64,000 bases of DNA from Planctomycetota bacterium (GTDB lineage Bacteria > Planctomycetota > B15-G4), in assembly GCA_965248575.1 (NCBI GenBank), contig CBDFJQ010000002.1, forward strand, positions 128,001 through 192,000, given 5' to 3'. Shown here one piece after another: positions 47,820 to 57,763 of this stretch. A program made the position numbers and the translations under genes. A model generated the notes under the pieces. The model was not told the origin of the DNA. It did not search any database and was given only the letters and a program-made list of their open reading frames with translations. Numbering within the stretch: position 1 is the stretch's first letter; each line of letters starts with the position of its first letter.

Positions 47820-49235
47820 CTAGGGCGCAAGCGGCGTGAGCTGAAGGTCGATGGTGTAGCTGTTGAGCTTCAGCTCGGTGGGGGCCAGGTTCCGGAGGGG
47901 TTGGCGGAACTTGAGGTAGTCATCGGCGATCACGATCACGATCGCTCCTTCAGGAGGGCAGCTCTCCAGGGTGATGGCGAAGGTGCCGTCGTCCTCCCCG
48001 AACTCCATGTCTTCGTATTCATCCATGAGGCCCGAGGGGCCCATGAGGACGAAGCGGATCTCGGTGTCGATCACCGGCTCGTTCGTGAGTGCGTCACGAA
48101 CGCGTCCGGCGACCGTGACTGACTCATGCAGTTGGACATCGACGGGGCGGCTGACATCGTTCACGCGCACCAGTGTCGGCCCGTACTCGTCCACCTCGGT
48201 CACCAGTAGCCACAGGTTCTCGGGGTCCGTGCCCACATCGTCGATGAAGAACTCTCCTTCGTCGCCGGTGATGTCCCAGGCGTCCGCACCCTCGAATTCG
48301 CTGTGTGCGGGCAGAATGTTGACCTCGGCGCCATCGATGGGCGTGCCGTCGGATGCGCTGATCACCGTGCCTGCAAGAGACGGGGGGGAGCGCAAGCCGA
48401 CGTCGATGACCCGCACTTCGCCGGGCTGCAAGCTGATGGGGCCAAAGATGGCGTAGCGGTCGTCGTCGTCCATGACGCGCAGCATGATGTCGGTGGCGGG
48501 CACGTCCACCAGGTTCATGCCGAAGAAGCCGGCTTCGTCGGTGTAGTCGTCCTGGAACTCACCGTCCCAGGCCATGGCCTGGCAGACCACTTCGATATCA
48601 GCCATGGAGATGGGGTCGCCAGTCTCTGCGTCGTAGACCTTGCCTTCGATTCGCGCCGGTCGACTCAGGACCAGGGCGACATGAACCGGCGACCCAGAGG
48701 GGACGACCGCCGCGTCGTGGGTGTGAAACGCAGGCATGAGCACGGTGGGGTCGTCCGGGTCTCCCAACTCGGGCTCCGTGGCGAGGGACCATCCTGCGGT
48801 CAGGCCCTCTTCGGAGTAGAAGCGAAAGACGCCGTCGTCGTCGGTGGACTCCGAGTCGAAGTATTCACCCTCCTCGTCGAACAAGTTCACCGTGACGTCT
48901 GCGAGGCGCTTTTCAGCGGGGTCTTCGACCGTGCCCGTGATGAGCAGCGGCTCGTCCCACAACAGATCTTCGACTTCCTGGGCTGTCTGGCCCTCGCCTG
49001 GGGCCAGCTGTGTCGGCAGACTCTCGATCAGCTCGGGCAGATCGGCGTCCTTGACGTCGGGGAGCACCGTCGACTCGCCGGGCGTCTCCTCCGGGGCGGC
49101 GATGGAGCTCGGCTCCGCTGAGCCGTCCGTCGGGGCGGCGTCATCCAGGAGCCAGAACACGCCACCGGCGAGGATGAGAATAGTCACTGCCCCGAAAACC
49201 AGGGGCGCGGGCGAACGGGAGGCGGGGGATGCCAT
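47820..49235 (-). CDS. Acidic membrane-anchored protein with carboxypeptidase-regulatory-like beta-sandwich repeats
   Basis: N-terminal TM; four GxVxDxxTGxPI...TDxxGxF repeats; Asp/Glu-rich. Confidence 0.8.
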   Translation of the reverse strand: MASPASRSPAPLVFGAVTILILAGGVFWLLDDAAPTDGSAEPSSIAAPEETPGESTVLPDVKDADLPELIESLPTQLAPGEGQTAQEVEDLLWDEPLLITGTVEDPAEKRLADVTVNLFDEEGEYFDSESTDDDGVFRFYSEEGLTAGWSLATEPELGDPDDPTVLMPAFHTHDAAVVPSGSPVHVALVLSRPARIEGKVYDAETGDPISMADIEVVCQAMAWDGEFQDDYTDEAGFFGMNLVDVPATDIMLRVMDDDDRYAIFGPISLQPGEVRVIDVGLRSPPSLAGTVISASDGTPIDGAEVNILPAHSEFEGADAWDITGDEGEFFIDDVGTDPENLWLLVTEVDEYGPTLVRVNDVSRPVDVQLHESVTVAGRVRDALTNEPVIDTEIRFVLMGPSGLMDEYEDMEFGEDDGTFAITLESCPPEGAIVIVIADDYLKFRQPLRNLAPTELKLNSYTIDLQLTPLAP

Positions 49236-49416
49236 GAACTCTCTTCCTTGACTCGTGTGCTGGTGGCTGCGCCCTGTGGACGCCCTCCTTGCGACCGGCA
49301 GCGGCTCGTGCTGGCCGGCAGATCTCCCGGGGATGATACAGCGCGGCACGCCCCCTCTTGAATGGGAACCCGGTCGCTCTTGACCAGATGGCTCCTGGTA
49401 CGAAGGCTAGGGAGTC

Positions 49417-50460
49417 ATGACTCGTGCAACGCGACTTTTCTTCCTGCTGAGCTGCCTGGCGTCGAGCCTGCCTGCGGCCGCGGCTGGGCCTCCAAGGGCG
49501 AGGCCCGCGGCCCTCGTTGCCGCTGAAGCAGGGGGGGCAGTCTTGGACCAGGTGTCCCCTCTGCAGGCCGCCCAGGGGACGATTCTGACCCTCACGGGGA
49601 CGGGCTTCGGAAGCCTCAAGCCCAAAGTTCGCCTGCTGCCGGTGGCGGGAGGCAAGAGCCGGAAGCTGAAGCTGCTGTCCTGGTCGGACACCGTCGTCAC
49701 GGCACGGATCAGGAAGGCCAAATTGGGCTTCTTCGTCGTGCAGATTCGGCCCCGCGGCAAGGGGGCTGTGCCGGTCCAGGGCGCCGACCCGGTCGAGCTG
49801 ATGCCGCCCTCGATGCTGGCCGTCGCAGAAAGCTGCGTGCAACCCGGCGATGAGGTGACGCTCAGCGGCAACTTCCTGGGCAGCAAGACCGGCAAGCTGC
49901 GGGTGGCTGGGCGCAAGGCGAAGGTGCTCTCGTGGTCGGGTGAGGCTCCGGAGCAGATCGTGTTCCGGGTTCCGCCAAAAAAGGTGCAGGGGACCGTCGA
50001 TGTGGAGGTCCGCAACTCCCTGGCAAAAACCGTGAGCCCAGCTGCACTGCTCGTGGTGGATTCCACGGACCTCGCGTCGGACGGCAGCTTTGGCTCTGAG
50101 ACCTTCAGCGGCGACCTCGAGAACCCGGCCAGCATGCTGACTGTATCCGGTGGGCAGACCCATGTGTTCCTGGCAGGCGTCTCCAGCGACTCGGTCGAGT
50201 TCCGGGCGCTGTACGACCCGGCGTTGGATGGTCCGCAAGTCCTCACTGGCCTCGAGGTACTCCAGTTCAGCTACCAAGATGAGGGCCTGCTCTGGGTGCT
50301 GGACTTTGATGACCAGCTGCAAAGCAGTGTCACCCTGGAGCTGGACCCACACTGTGTCGGCCTGCTTCAGGTGCGCTTCAGTGGCTTCCTCGTGGAGCGC
50401 TTTGGACCGGGGACCCTGAGTGTCGAGGGCTGCTTCTTGTTGCCGTTGCCCGGGCCATGA
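49417..50460 (+). CDS. Secreted IPT/TIG-domain protein
   Basis: Signal peptide; two GxxxTLxGxxF...LSWS repeats. Confidence 0.75.
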   Translation: MTRATRLFFLLSCLASSLPAAAAGPPRARPAALVAAEAGGAVLDQVSPLQAAQGTILTLTGTGFGSLKPKVRLLPVAGGKSRKLKLLSWSDTVVTARIRKAKLGFFVVQIRPRGKGAVPVQGADPVELMPPSMLAVAESCVQPGDEVTLSGNFLGSKTGKLRVAGRKAKVLSWSGEAPEQIVFRVPPKKVQGTVDVEVRNSLAKTVSPAALLVVDSTDLASDGSFGSETFSGDLENPASMLTVSGGQTHVFLAGVSSDSVEFRALYDPALDGPQVLTGLEVLQFSYQDEGLLWVLDFDDQLQSSVTLELDPHCVGLLQVRFSGFLVERFGPGTLSVEGCFLLPLPGP

Positions 50461-50521
50461 TCGGGTCGTGTTGGAGGCACCCGCAGACTCCGATGAGCCC
50501 GGTCGCTAGACTGTCGGGCCC

Positions 50522-50848
50522 ATGAACCAGCTGCCCGATAACCAGCGCCCCGATTCACGCCCCGACACCGACACGGATGCCCGCCCGGAAATCGAAATCC
50601 GGCCGGAGCTGCTGCGCCCTTGGGATGTGGTGGTCTGGGACGACCCTGTGAATCTCCAGTCCTACGTGGTGTACGTGTTCCAGACGCTGTTCGGCTTCTC
50701 AGATTCCGTGGCCAACGCAAGGATGCTCGAGGTCCACAACGACGGGCGCAGCGTCGTGGCGAGCGTGGAGCGGGAGCAGGCGGAGTTCTACGTCACGCGT
50801 CTGCACGCCTATGGGCTTCAAGCCACGATGGAACGGGGCGAAGCATGA
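50522..50848 (+). CDS. clpS: ATP-dependent Clp protease adaptor ClpS
   Basis: VVWDDPVNLQSYV, MLEVHNDGRSVV, LHAYGLQAT. Confidence 0.92.
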   Translation: MNQLPDNQRPDSRPDTDTDARPEIEIRPELLRPWDVVVWDDPVNLQSYVVYVFQTLFGFSDSVANARMLEVHNDGRSVVASVEREQAEFYVTRLHAYGLQATMERGEA

Positions 50849-51363
50849 CGCGCCTGCGCCACGACGGCAAAGACAGCGAGACCGGCCAAGACAGTTGGAC
50901 CCTGCACTTCGTGCAGATCGAGGCGAATATCCTGTCCAGCCTTCCGGAGCAGCTGGCAACCCTGCTCGCCAACCCCAACAGCAACCGTCCCGTGGTCAAC
51001 CGCCTGTTCCCGGCGTCCTACCAGGACCCGGAAGAGGAGGCCTTGAACCGTCAGCTGCTCGGCGACTCCCTGCTGGAGCAACGCCAGGACATGATCACCG
51101 ATGTGCGCGCACAGCTGGACGCTGCGGTGCACACGGAGGAGGGCATCGAGATGGTGCTCGACCGCGGTGGCATGGACCTGTGGCTACGCTTCATGAACGA
51201 CGTGCGCTTGATCCTGGCCACGGATCTGGATGTGAACCAGAACCAGAGCGACACCGAGACGGTCGATCCCACCAGCCCGGACGCCCCCAAGCATGCCTTG
51301 CTGGAATACCTGGGAGGCGTGGAAGCCATGATGATCGAAGCGCTCTCCTTGGCCGCCGGCTGA
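50845..51363 (+). CDS. DUF2017-like protein
   Basis: ATGA overlap with clpS; RLFPASYQD, WLRFMNDVRLILA. Confidence 0.7.
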   Translation: MTRLRHDGKDSETGQDSWTLHFVQIEANILSSLPEQLATLLANPNSNRPVVNRLFPASYQDPEEEALNRQLLGDSLLEQRQDMITDVRAQLDAAVHTEEGIEMVLDRGGMDLWLRFMNDVRLILATDLDVNQNQSDTETVDPTSPDAPKHALLEYLGGVEAMMIEALSLAAG

Positions 51364-51367
51364 AGCG

Positions 51368-51955
51368 GTGAGCGGCGCCCCGACGGACGCGCTAGGTGAC
51401 TCCGGGGAGCGTCTCGTAGCCCAGGGCCACTGGCTTGGCTTGCTGTACCTGCACCTGACGGGGCCGGCCGTTCGTGCCCGGGTGGACATCGAGGATCTCG
51501 TGCAGGAGGCACTGCTGCGCGCGTGGGCTGCACCGTCGGGCCTGCCCCCTCACGAGCAGGGCGAGGCCGGTCTCCGACGCCTGCTTGCCCACATCGCACG
51601 ACACTGCGTCATGGACGTGCTGCGCCAGATGCGGGCCAAGAAACGGGCCGGCCGTGTCCAGCCCCTGGCCCGGGCCGACTGGAGCTCCACGGGGCTTGGA
51701 GACGGCCGCCTTCTCGCTCCGGGCGCCGGGCCCGCCACGCGGGTTCTGGTTGCCGATGAGCAGCGCTGCTTGATGGATGCCTACCAGACCCTCTCGGCGG
51801 AGCATCGTCGGGTGCTGGGGCTGCGGCAGTTCGAAGGTCTGGACGCTCGTGAGGCCGGCCGTCGGATGGGGCGGAGCGAAACCGCCATCCACTCCCTCTA
51901 TCGCCGGGCTCTGGGGGCTTGGAGCCAGGCCGCCGGTGGTTTGGCGCCTGACTAG
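51368..51955 (+). CDS. ECF-type RNA polymerase sigma factor
   Basis: EDLVQEALL region 2; region 4 HTH LRQFEGL...MGRSETAIHSLYRRAL. Confidence 0.88.
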   Translation: MSGAPTDALGDSGERLVAQGHWLGLLYLHLTGPAVRARVDIEDLVQEALLRAWAAPSGLPPHEQGEAGLRRLLAHIARHCVMDVLRQMRAKKRAGRVQPLARADWSSTGLGDGRLLAPGAGPATRVLVADEQRCLMDAYQTLSAEHRRVLGLRQFEGLDAREAGRRMGRSETAIHSLYRRALGAWSQAAGGLAPD

Positions 51956-52042
51956 GGCCCGGGCAGGGACCCCGCGCGGCCTGGCGAGCGCCCAGCTTTT
52001 TTGGGACCCATGCGGTGAATCGCCCGGAGCAGCGCGCCTTGT

Positions 52043-53710
52043 ATGGTCATGAAGACCATGAATCCTGAGCTGCTCGACGATCGTATGGACCGTTTGGTGG
52101 CGGAGTTCGCCGACGCTCGAGCTGCGGGCCGGCAACCGTCCCGTGACGATGTCCTGTCCCAGGTCCCTGAGGCCCATCGGGAGGCCCTCGGCCGCTGTCT
52201 CGAGATGATCGAGTCAGACGGAGCTGGCGAGATCTCGGTGCTAAAGCCCCTGGGGCCCGGGGTCTCCCTGGGTGGCTACCGCATTGTCGAAGTCCTGGGG
52301 CGCGGCGGCATGGCTGTGGTCTACCGTGCGCTCCAACTGGACCTGGAGCGCCCGGTGGCCCTGAAGATCTTGCGGCCGGGCCTGGCCTTGGAGCCGAGGC
52401 ATGTGGACCGCTTCCACCGCGAAGCGCTGGCGATCGCCCGTCTGGACCACCCCAACATCGTGGCGGTGCACGCGGTGGGAGAGGCCGATGGTTACCACTT
52501 CATCGCCATGGAATGTCTGGACGGTCCGAACCTCGGACAGGTGCTGGAGCATGTGGCAGAGAGCGCCGGCGCTTCAGGCCGCGGCTCGAAACGGGACCCG
52601 TGGACGGCCGAGCTGCTGGCGGAAGCCACAGGAGCTTCCGAGCTGGCGAGTTTTGGCAGTTACGAGCAGGCCTTCTGCGCTCTGCTGGCGCCGGTGGTCC
52701 GGGCGGTGGGCGTGGCCCACGACCTGGGAATCGTTCATCGCGACATCAAGCCGTCTAACATCCTGCTGACGAAGGATGGCCGCGCGAAGATCGCCGACTT
52801 CGGGTTGGCGACGGGGCATGGGGAATTGGACGTCTCCCTCACGGGGGAGCCCTTGGGGACGCCGTACTACATGTCTCCGGAGCAAGTGGCGCAGAGCGAT
52901 GCTGCGTTGGATGCGAGGACGGATGTCTACAGCCTGGGGGTCAGCTTGTACGAGGGCTTGACCGGAGTGCGCCCCTTCGTGGGGAGCAACCTCGTGGCGA
53001 TTTTCGATGCGATTCGACAGGACGCCCCTCCTCCGCTCAATGCGCACCGCGCCGGCTGTACCCGGGAGGCGCAGGCCGTGGTCGCCCGGGCCATGGCGCG
53101 CCAGGCGGACGAGCGCTATCGGTCGGCGCTCCAGCTGTCGGCCGACCTGGATGCCTTGGCCGAGGGGCATTCGACCCAGGCCCGGGCCCAGCAAGACTCT
53201 GCTGTGCGCGCCGCCTGGAAGCTGCTCGGTCAGGTGTTCGCGCGCCAGGGGTTCAGCTACCGGAGCCACGCGCGGCTGCTGGGCTTGCCGCTCGTGCACA
53301 TCGAGCAACAGGGCTTCCACAAGTCCGGGCGCCTGGTGGTGGCCAAGGGTTGGTTGGCCATCGGGGATGTGGCCTGCGGGGTCGTGGCCCTGGGCCGCGT
53401 CTCGCTCGGGCTCGTGTCGCTCGGCGGGCTGTCCTTCGGAGGCCTGGCCGCTGGTGGCATGGCGGCAGGAGCAGTGGCCGCTGGTGGCATGGCGGTCGGG
53501 CTCTTGGGGCTCGGAGGCATGGCCGTGGGCTACGCCGCCCTAGGTGGCCTAGCCGTGGGCGCCTATGCGGCTGGAGGTGCGGCCTTTGGGGGCGCAGTCA
53601 TCCGCGGGAGTGCTTCGGATCCGGTCGCCGTGGCCTGGTTCGAGGCCAACCTGCCATTCGTGATCCAGGCTCTCGAGGCAGTCTCGGGTGTTCCCTCCTC
53701 ACAATGGTGA
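52043..53710 (+). CDS. Ser/Thr protein kinase with Gly-rich hydrophobic C-terminal domain
   Basis: GRGGMAVVY, VALK, HRDIKPSN, DFG, GTPYYMSPE. Confidence 0.95.
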   Translation: MVMKTMNPELLDDRMDRLVAEFADARAAGRQPSRDDVLSQVPEAHREALGRCLEMIESDGAGEISVLKPLGPGVSLGGYRIVEVLGRGGMAVVYRALQLDLERPVALKILRPGLALEPRHVDRFHREALAIARLDHPNIVAVHAVGEADGYHFIAMECLDGPNLGQVLEHVAESAGASGRGSKRDPWTAELLAEATGASELASFGSYEQAFCALLAPVVRAVGVAHDLGIVHRDIKPSNILLTKDGRAKIADFGLATGHGELDVSLTGEPLGTPYYMSPEQVAQSDAALDARTDVYSLGVSLYEGLTGVRPFVGSNLVAIFDAIRQDAPPPLNAHRAGCTREAQAVVARAMARQADERYRSALQLSADLDALAEGHSTQARAQQDSAVRAAWKLLGQVFARQGFSYRSHARLLGLPLVHIEQQGFHKSGRLVVAKGWLAIGDVACGVVALGRVSLGLVSLGGLSFGGLAAGGMAAGAVAAGGMAVGLLGLGGMAVGYAALGGLAVGAYAAGGAAFGGAVIRGSASDPVAVAWFEANLPFVIQALEAVSGVPSSQW

Positions 53711-53817
53711 CCGAAGCCACGTTCCTTCAACGGTCCAGGAACGGAGCCTGGAGTCCACGCATGACAAGAGGTCTGGTAGGACCGAGCGTCATGATTCGTC
53801 ATCCTTCGCCGGCGTGA

Positions 53818-53847
53818 CGAGCGGCTCATAGGCCGCTCGCTTCGTTT
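53818..53847 (+). terminator. Putative terminator hairpin
   Basis: CGAGCGGC-TCATAG-GCCGCTCG followed by CTTCGTTT. Confidence 0.45.
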
Positions 53848-53875
53848 GCATCAGATTCTCGTTCGAGTGATTCCC

Positions 53876-55189
53876 ATGTCGTTGATTGTTGCTCTTCTCC
53901 TTCTGCTTGCAGCCCCTGTTCAGGACGAGGTCCAGGACGACGCCCAGATCGACAGCGCGTGGCATGAGATGCGCCTGGAGAACGGTATCGGCGTCTTCCA
54001 TCTGGACGCTCCGCTCGCGAGCCAACACGCCTTCTTCACCATGCTGCCGCTGGGCCTGCTCGACGATGAGACGGATCGCGCGCAGTTCGCGCACCTCGTG
54101 GAGCACCTGATCGTGCGTTCCACCGATCCGGACAGCTTGGAGTCCGAGGGGCTGGTTCTCAACGGCGAGACCACGGGGTTGGCGTTGCGACTGGAGACCT
54201 TCGTGGACGCTCCCGAATGGAAGCGTGCGCTGGACCGTCATGCTCGGTGGCTGACGGCACAGGACGTGGACCCGGTGATTCTCGCACGCGAAAAAGAGTC
54301 CATCAGCGCCGAGGAGGCGAGCACTCAGACGGGCGGTTACACCCATAAGTGGGCACTCTCAGCCTGGAACCAGGTGGTGCGGCACGGTGCGTCCCATGTG
54401 GGATTGCACGCGGACATCGCGGGGGTCTCCCTGGAGGACGTGCAGGACTACATGCAACGGCGGCTGCGAAGTGGCCCTGACGTCCTGGTCGTTTCCGTGG
54501 GTCCGATTGCCGCAGAGGAGATTGCGGGAGCCGTCACGGAGAAACTCGGCGGATTGCCGAGTGAGCCCTGGGCCATGTCGGCGCCGGCAGCGGGGGTGGA
54601 GGCAGTGCAGACCGTGCAGGACCGTATGGCAACCTGGGACCTGAGCGCCCGTCACTATATGGAGTGGTACCCCGTGCCGAGCGCGACGGCCTTGGACCGC
54701 ATCCAGGCCGATGCCCTGGCCTTGCTGCTCAACGTCAAGATCCAGCAACGTGCCAGCTTGCAGTCCCTGGGCGTGCAGGTGTTGGCACAGGCCGACCTCG
54801 TGAGCCCGGAGGGCCGTTGGTTGTTGCTGTCGGCATCCATGGCGCCAGGAGTGGACGTCGAGCTGCTGAAGGGCGAGTTGGCAGCCTTGCGCGAGTCACT
54901 GACGGAGGGTCGTGACATGGACATCATGGTGGAGCAGTTGAAGCGCCAGCTGACGCTTCTGCCCGACTTCGAGGCCGTGCGGGAGCAGCTGGGTGACCAC
55001 CCTGCGGCGCCCTGGATCGAGGCCCAGCAGATGATGTTCCTGGTCTATGCCCAGCTGAACATGGGGCTCAACCGGGCCGAAATGGCCGCAGCCTATCCAG
55101 CCCTCACGACCGTTGACGTGCTGGCCTTCGCCGACGCTCTCTTCAAGCCTTCTGCCCGCTCGACCCTGGTGCTGGAGCCTGCGGACTGA
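53876..55189 (+). CDS. Secreted M16 (insulinase)-family peptidase-like protein
   Basis: Signal peptide; LENG; HLVEH inverted Zn motif; NGET; distal REKESISAEE. Confidence 0.75.
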   Translation: MSLIVALLLLLAAPVQDEVQDDAQIDSAWHEMRLENGIGVFHLDAPLASQHAFFTMLPLGLLDDETDRAQFAHLVEHLIVRSTDPDSLESEGLVLNGETTGLALRLETFVDAPEWKRALDRHARWLTAQDVDPVILAREKESISAEEASTQTGGYTHKWALSAWNQVVRHGASHVGLHADIAGVSLEDVQDYMQRRLRSGPDVLVVSVGPIAAEEIAGAVTEKLGGLPSEPWAMSAPAAGVEAVQTVQDRMATWDLSARHYMEWYPVPSATALDRIQADALALLLNVKIQQRASLQSLGVQVLAQADLVSPEGRWLLLSASMAPGVDVELLKGELAALRESLTEGRDMDIMVEQLKRQLTLLPDFEAVREQLGDHPAAPWIEAQQMMFLVYAQLNMGLNRAEMAAAYPALTTVDVLAFADALFKPSARSTLVLEPAD

Positions 55190-55259
55190 GGCTCCCATGC
55201 GTTCACAGAGCGTTCACAGGACGTTGGCTTGAGCGCTGCCTGGGCTTAGACTGCGAGGT

Positions 55260-56120
55260 ATGAGGACTCCACCGAAGCACACATCCCAAGGCCTGCTTTC
55301 CCTCGCTTTCATGCTGCTCTGCGCGTGCGGCGCAACGCGGGAGGGGGCGGTGCCTGCGAGCGCTGAGCATGCCGCTGCCGGAGATTCCCTGTCTGCGGAG
55401 GTCGGCGACGAGCCGATGTCCGCCGCAGCAGCTTTATCGAAGCCTGCCGGCCAGCAGGAGAGCAGCCCGCTCCCACGTCCGCTGCCGGAGCCCAATCCCT
55501 TCGGTGACCATGTCACGCCGACGGAGATCGTGGCCCCCGACTCCGCGCCGGTAGGGGAGGGCGATGGGGTGCTCGTGTTTCCAGCCTTTGGCCCGGCGCC
55601 CGGATCAACGTCGGAGCAGTTCGGGGGTTGGGCAGGAGTCATCGAGGAGTTCTTCTTGGGATCGCTCACAGAAGAGCGACGCCTGGAACTCGAGCAGCAA
55701 TTGCGGGACATCCCCATCGTCGATGCGACACCCGCATTCATCAATGCGCTGCGTGGGCTCGACATGGCGAACCCCGAACACATCGTCCAGGCCGGTGCGC
55801 TGACGAAGTACTGGTACGAGGCGCAGATCCGCTACAAGCAGATCGTGTTGGATGGCAACCCGGCGGCGCTGCTGCCTGGCCACGTCCGCAACCGCATGCT
55901 CGTCGTGGACGGTTGGGTGCGGATGTGGAAGCGGACCCTCGAGCAACCTGGTGGCGTCGCTCGCTTCAATGCCCGGGTGTCGAAGCTGATTGCCGATCGC
56001 AAGGCGGCGCGCGACAAGCAGGCCGCTGAGTACCTGGAGAAGGTTCGGCTTCGGGAGGAGGCAGCCGCAGCGGCGGAGCAAGTCGGGCCGCCAGCACCCG
56101 AATCCGGGGGCAGACCCTAG
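55260..56120 (+). CDS. Hypothetical lipoprotein
   Basis: LLCAC lipobox-like motif; Pro-rich linker; helical C-terminal domain. Confidence 0.65.
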   Translation: MRTPPKHTSQGLLSLAFMLLCACGATREGAVPASAEHAAAGDSLSAEVGDEPMSAAAALSKPAGQQESSPLPRPLPEPNPFGDHVTPTEIVAPDSAPVGEGDGVLVFPAFGPAPGSTSEQFGGWAGVIEEFFLGSLTEERRLELEQQLRDIPIVDATPAFINALRGLDMANPEHIVQAGALTKYWYEAQIRYKQIVLDGNPAALLPGHVRNRMLVVDGWVRMWKRTLEQPGGVARFNARVSKLIADRKAARDKQAAEYLEKVRLREEAAAAAEQVGPPAPESGGRP

Positions 56121-56468
56121 GCGCTCGCCGCCCCACCATTCCTTCACTGGTGAAAGACTTACATTTCTGTAAGTATCAGTGGTCTGAATGCTTCCCGTGA
56201 GGGATGCTCTGTCCTTCGCATCACTTGCGACACCGCCGTTGCGAACGTGCGGTTGGGTCATCCTGGCAGGGTGTTGACTCGCTTGTAGGAGGCTGTCCCC
56301 GAGGGTTGGAAAGGTCTTCGGGGGAGTGTTTGGCGGGGGAGACACCGGGCAGCGACCTCTAGGCGCTGCCGATCTGTCGGGCGATTCAAGCCATTTCGCG
56401 GCAGGCGGAGCGTGGCGAGCGATGCGGGTGCGTTCGGTATTCCGGCCCGATCCCACTCCGGCAAATCA

Positions 56469-57728
56469 ATGAATTCTCCCCCTCTCGACTCGCCCTCCAC
56501 CCAGGTGGCGGACGAGAGCACACGACTTCCCTTTGACGAACACGTCCAGCAGGCCATGGGCGCTCTGCGGGTGGCTCTGCGAGACTTGCTGAAGTCCGTT
56601 GAGGCAGACCCCAAGACGCCCCAGAAGGTCTCCCGGCGCTTCAACATCAACCGCAATCTCTCGTGGAAGATCTCACGACTGATCAGCGAGGAGGATGTTC
56701 ACGCGTCCGTGCGCCACGTGCCTGGAACCCAGGGCGTGCGCATCCTGTGTGAGCGCTTTCGGGACGCTGGTGCGCCCGACGATGTGGTTCAGGCCGTCGG
56801 CGACGCCATGGTGGGCTTCCAGCGCATGGTCAAGGTGCAGGCGGGTGACCGCACCGCCCTCGACCTCACGCTGCGCAGTCTGCGTCCAGAAGGCGATGGG
56901 CCCGACGGTGTGCTCGCGGCGCGCAAGCTGGCGTTCCAAGGCAACAGCGCCGTCTGGGGTGTCCGCGCTGGCATCAAGTTGGCAATCCAGGTGGTGGCCC
57001 CCGGTTCAGAGGCCGGTCAAGTGGACATCGCCACGGTCAGCGGTCTGGTCGACTTCTGGCGTCTGAGGGCTGACGCGCGCTGGCCGTTGATCCACTACAG
57101 ATGTTTCGCCGATGGCGATGTTCCGAAAGAGCAATCCATCGAGCCGATAGAAGACCTGGGCGATGGACAGGACGGTCCGCCCTGGTTGCCCGCCTTCTGC
57201 AGCGCTCCTTTGCCCGACTGCCGGAAGCGCACGGACGTCGAGGGTCTCATGTACGAGATCATGGAGGGCCCCGTAGGGAACACCGCGGCTCTTACCTGCG
57301 TCTATGGGCGCATCGTGCGCAATGCGGCGTCCTTCACGTCAGATGTTCCCGGGCAGACGGGCGAGCACCAGGTACAGATGAACACCCCTGTGGAGCTCGC
57401 GCACTTCGACCTGCTGGTCCACAAGTCACTGCACTTGCCAGAGTCACCGCAGCTGCTGGTGGAGAGCCGCTTGCAGGTGGCAGGCGCGCTGCGTTCCATC
57501 GGCGAGCCGATCTACTCCCTGAAGGTCCTGGAGCAGGTGGAGACCGTCAACGGTGGGCTGGACGCCATGGAGGACACCGCGGTGCCGAACCATCGGGACA
57601 TGCTGGTTCGGGCGACCGGAACGCTCGGCTATTCCGCCGACGACTTCACGTGTTACCGGGTCACCATGCGCTACCCGCCGGTGCCGTCGGTACTCAAGCT
57701 GATCCACCCTCTGCAGACCAAGGCGTAG
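56469..57728 (+). CDS. Hypothetical protein with N-terminal HTH-like region
   Basis: PQKVSRRFNINRNLSWKISRL HTH-like segment; 419 aa with typical codon usage. Confidence 0.6.
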   Translation: MNSPPLDSPSTQVADESTRLPFDEHVQQAMGALRVALRDLLKSVEADPKTPQKVSRRFNINRNLSWKISRLISEEDVHASVRHVPGTQGVRILCERFRDAGAPDDVVQAVGDAMVGFQRMVKVQAGDRTALDLTLRSLRPEGDGPDGVLAARKLAFQGNSAVWGVRAGIKLAIQVVAPGSEAGQVDIATVSGLVDFWRLRADARWPLIHYRCFADGDVPKEQSIEPIEDLGDGQDGPPWLPAFCSAPLPDCRKRTDVEGLMYEIMEGPVGNTAALTCVYGRIVRNAASFTSDVPGQTGEHQVQMNTPVELAHFDLLVHKSLHLPESPQLLVESRLQVAGALRSIGEPIYSLKVLEQVETVNGGLDAMEDTAVPNHRDMLVRATGTLGYSADDFTCYRVTMRYPPVPSVLKLIHPLQTKA

Positions 57729-57763
57729 CCAAGCCTGGCGAACCAAGCCGGGGCCCGTCGCGA

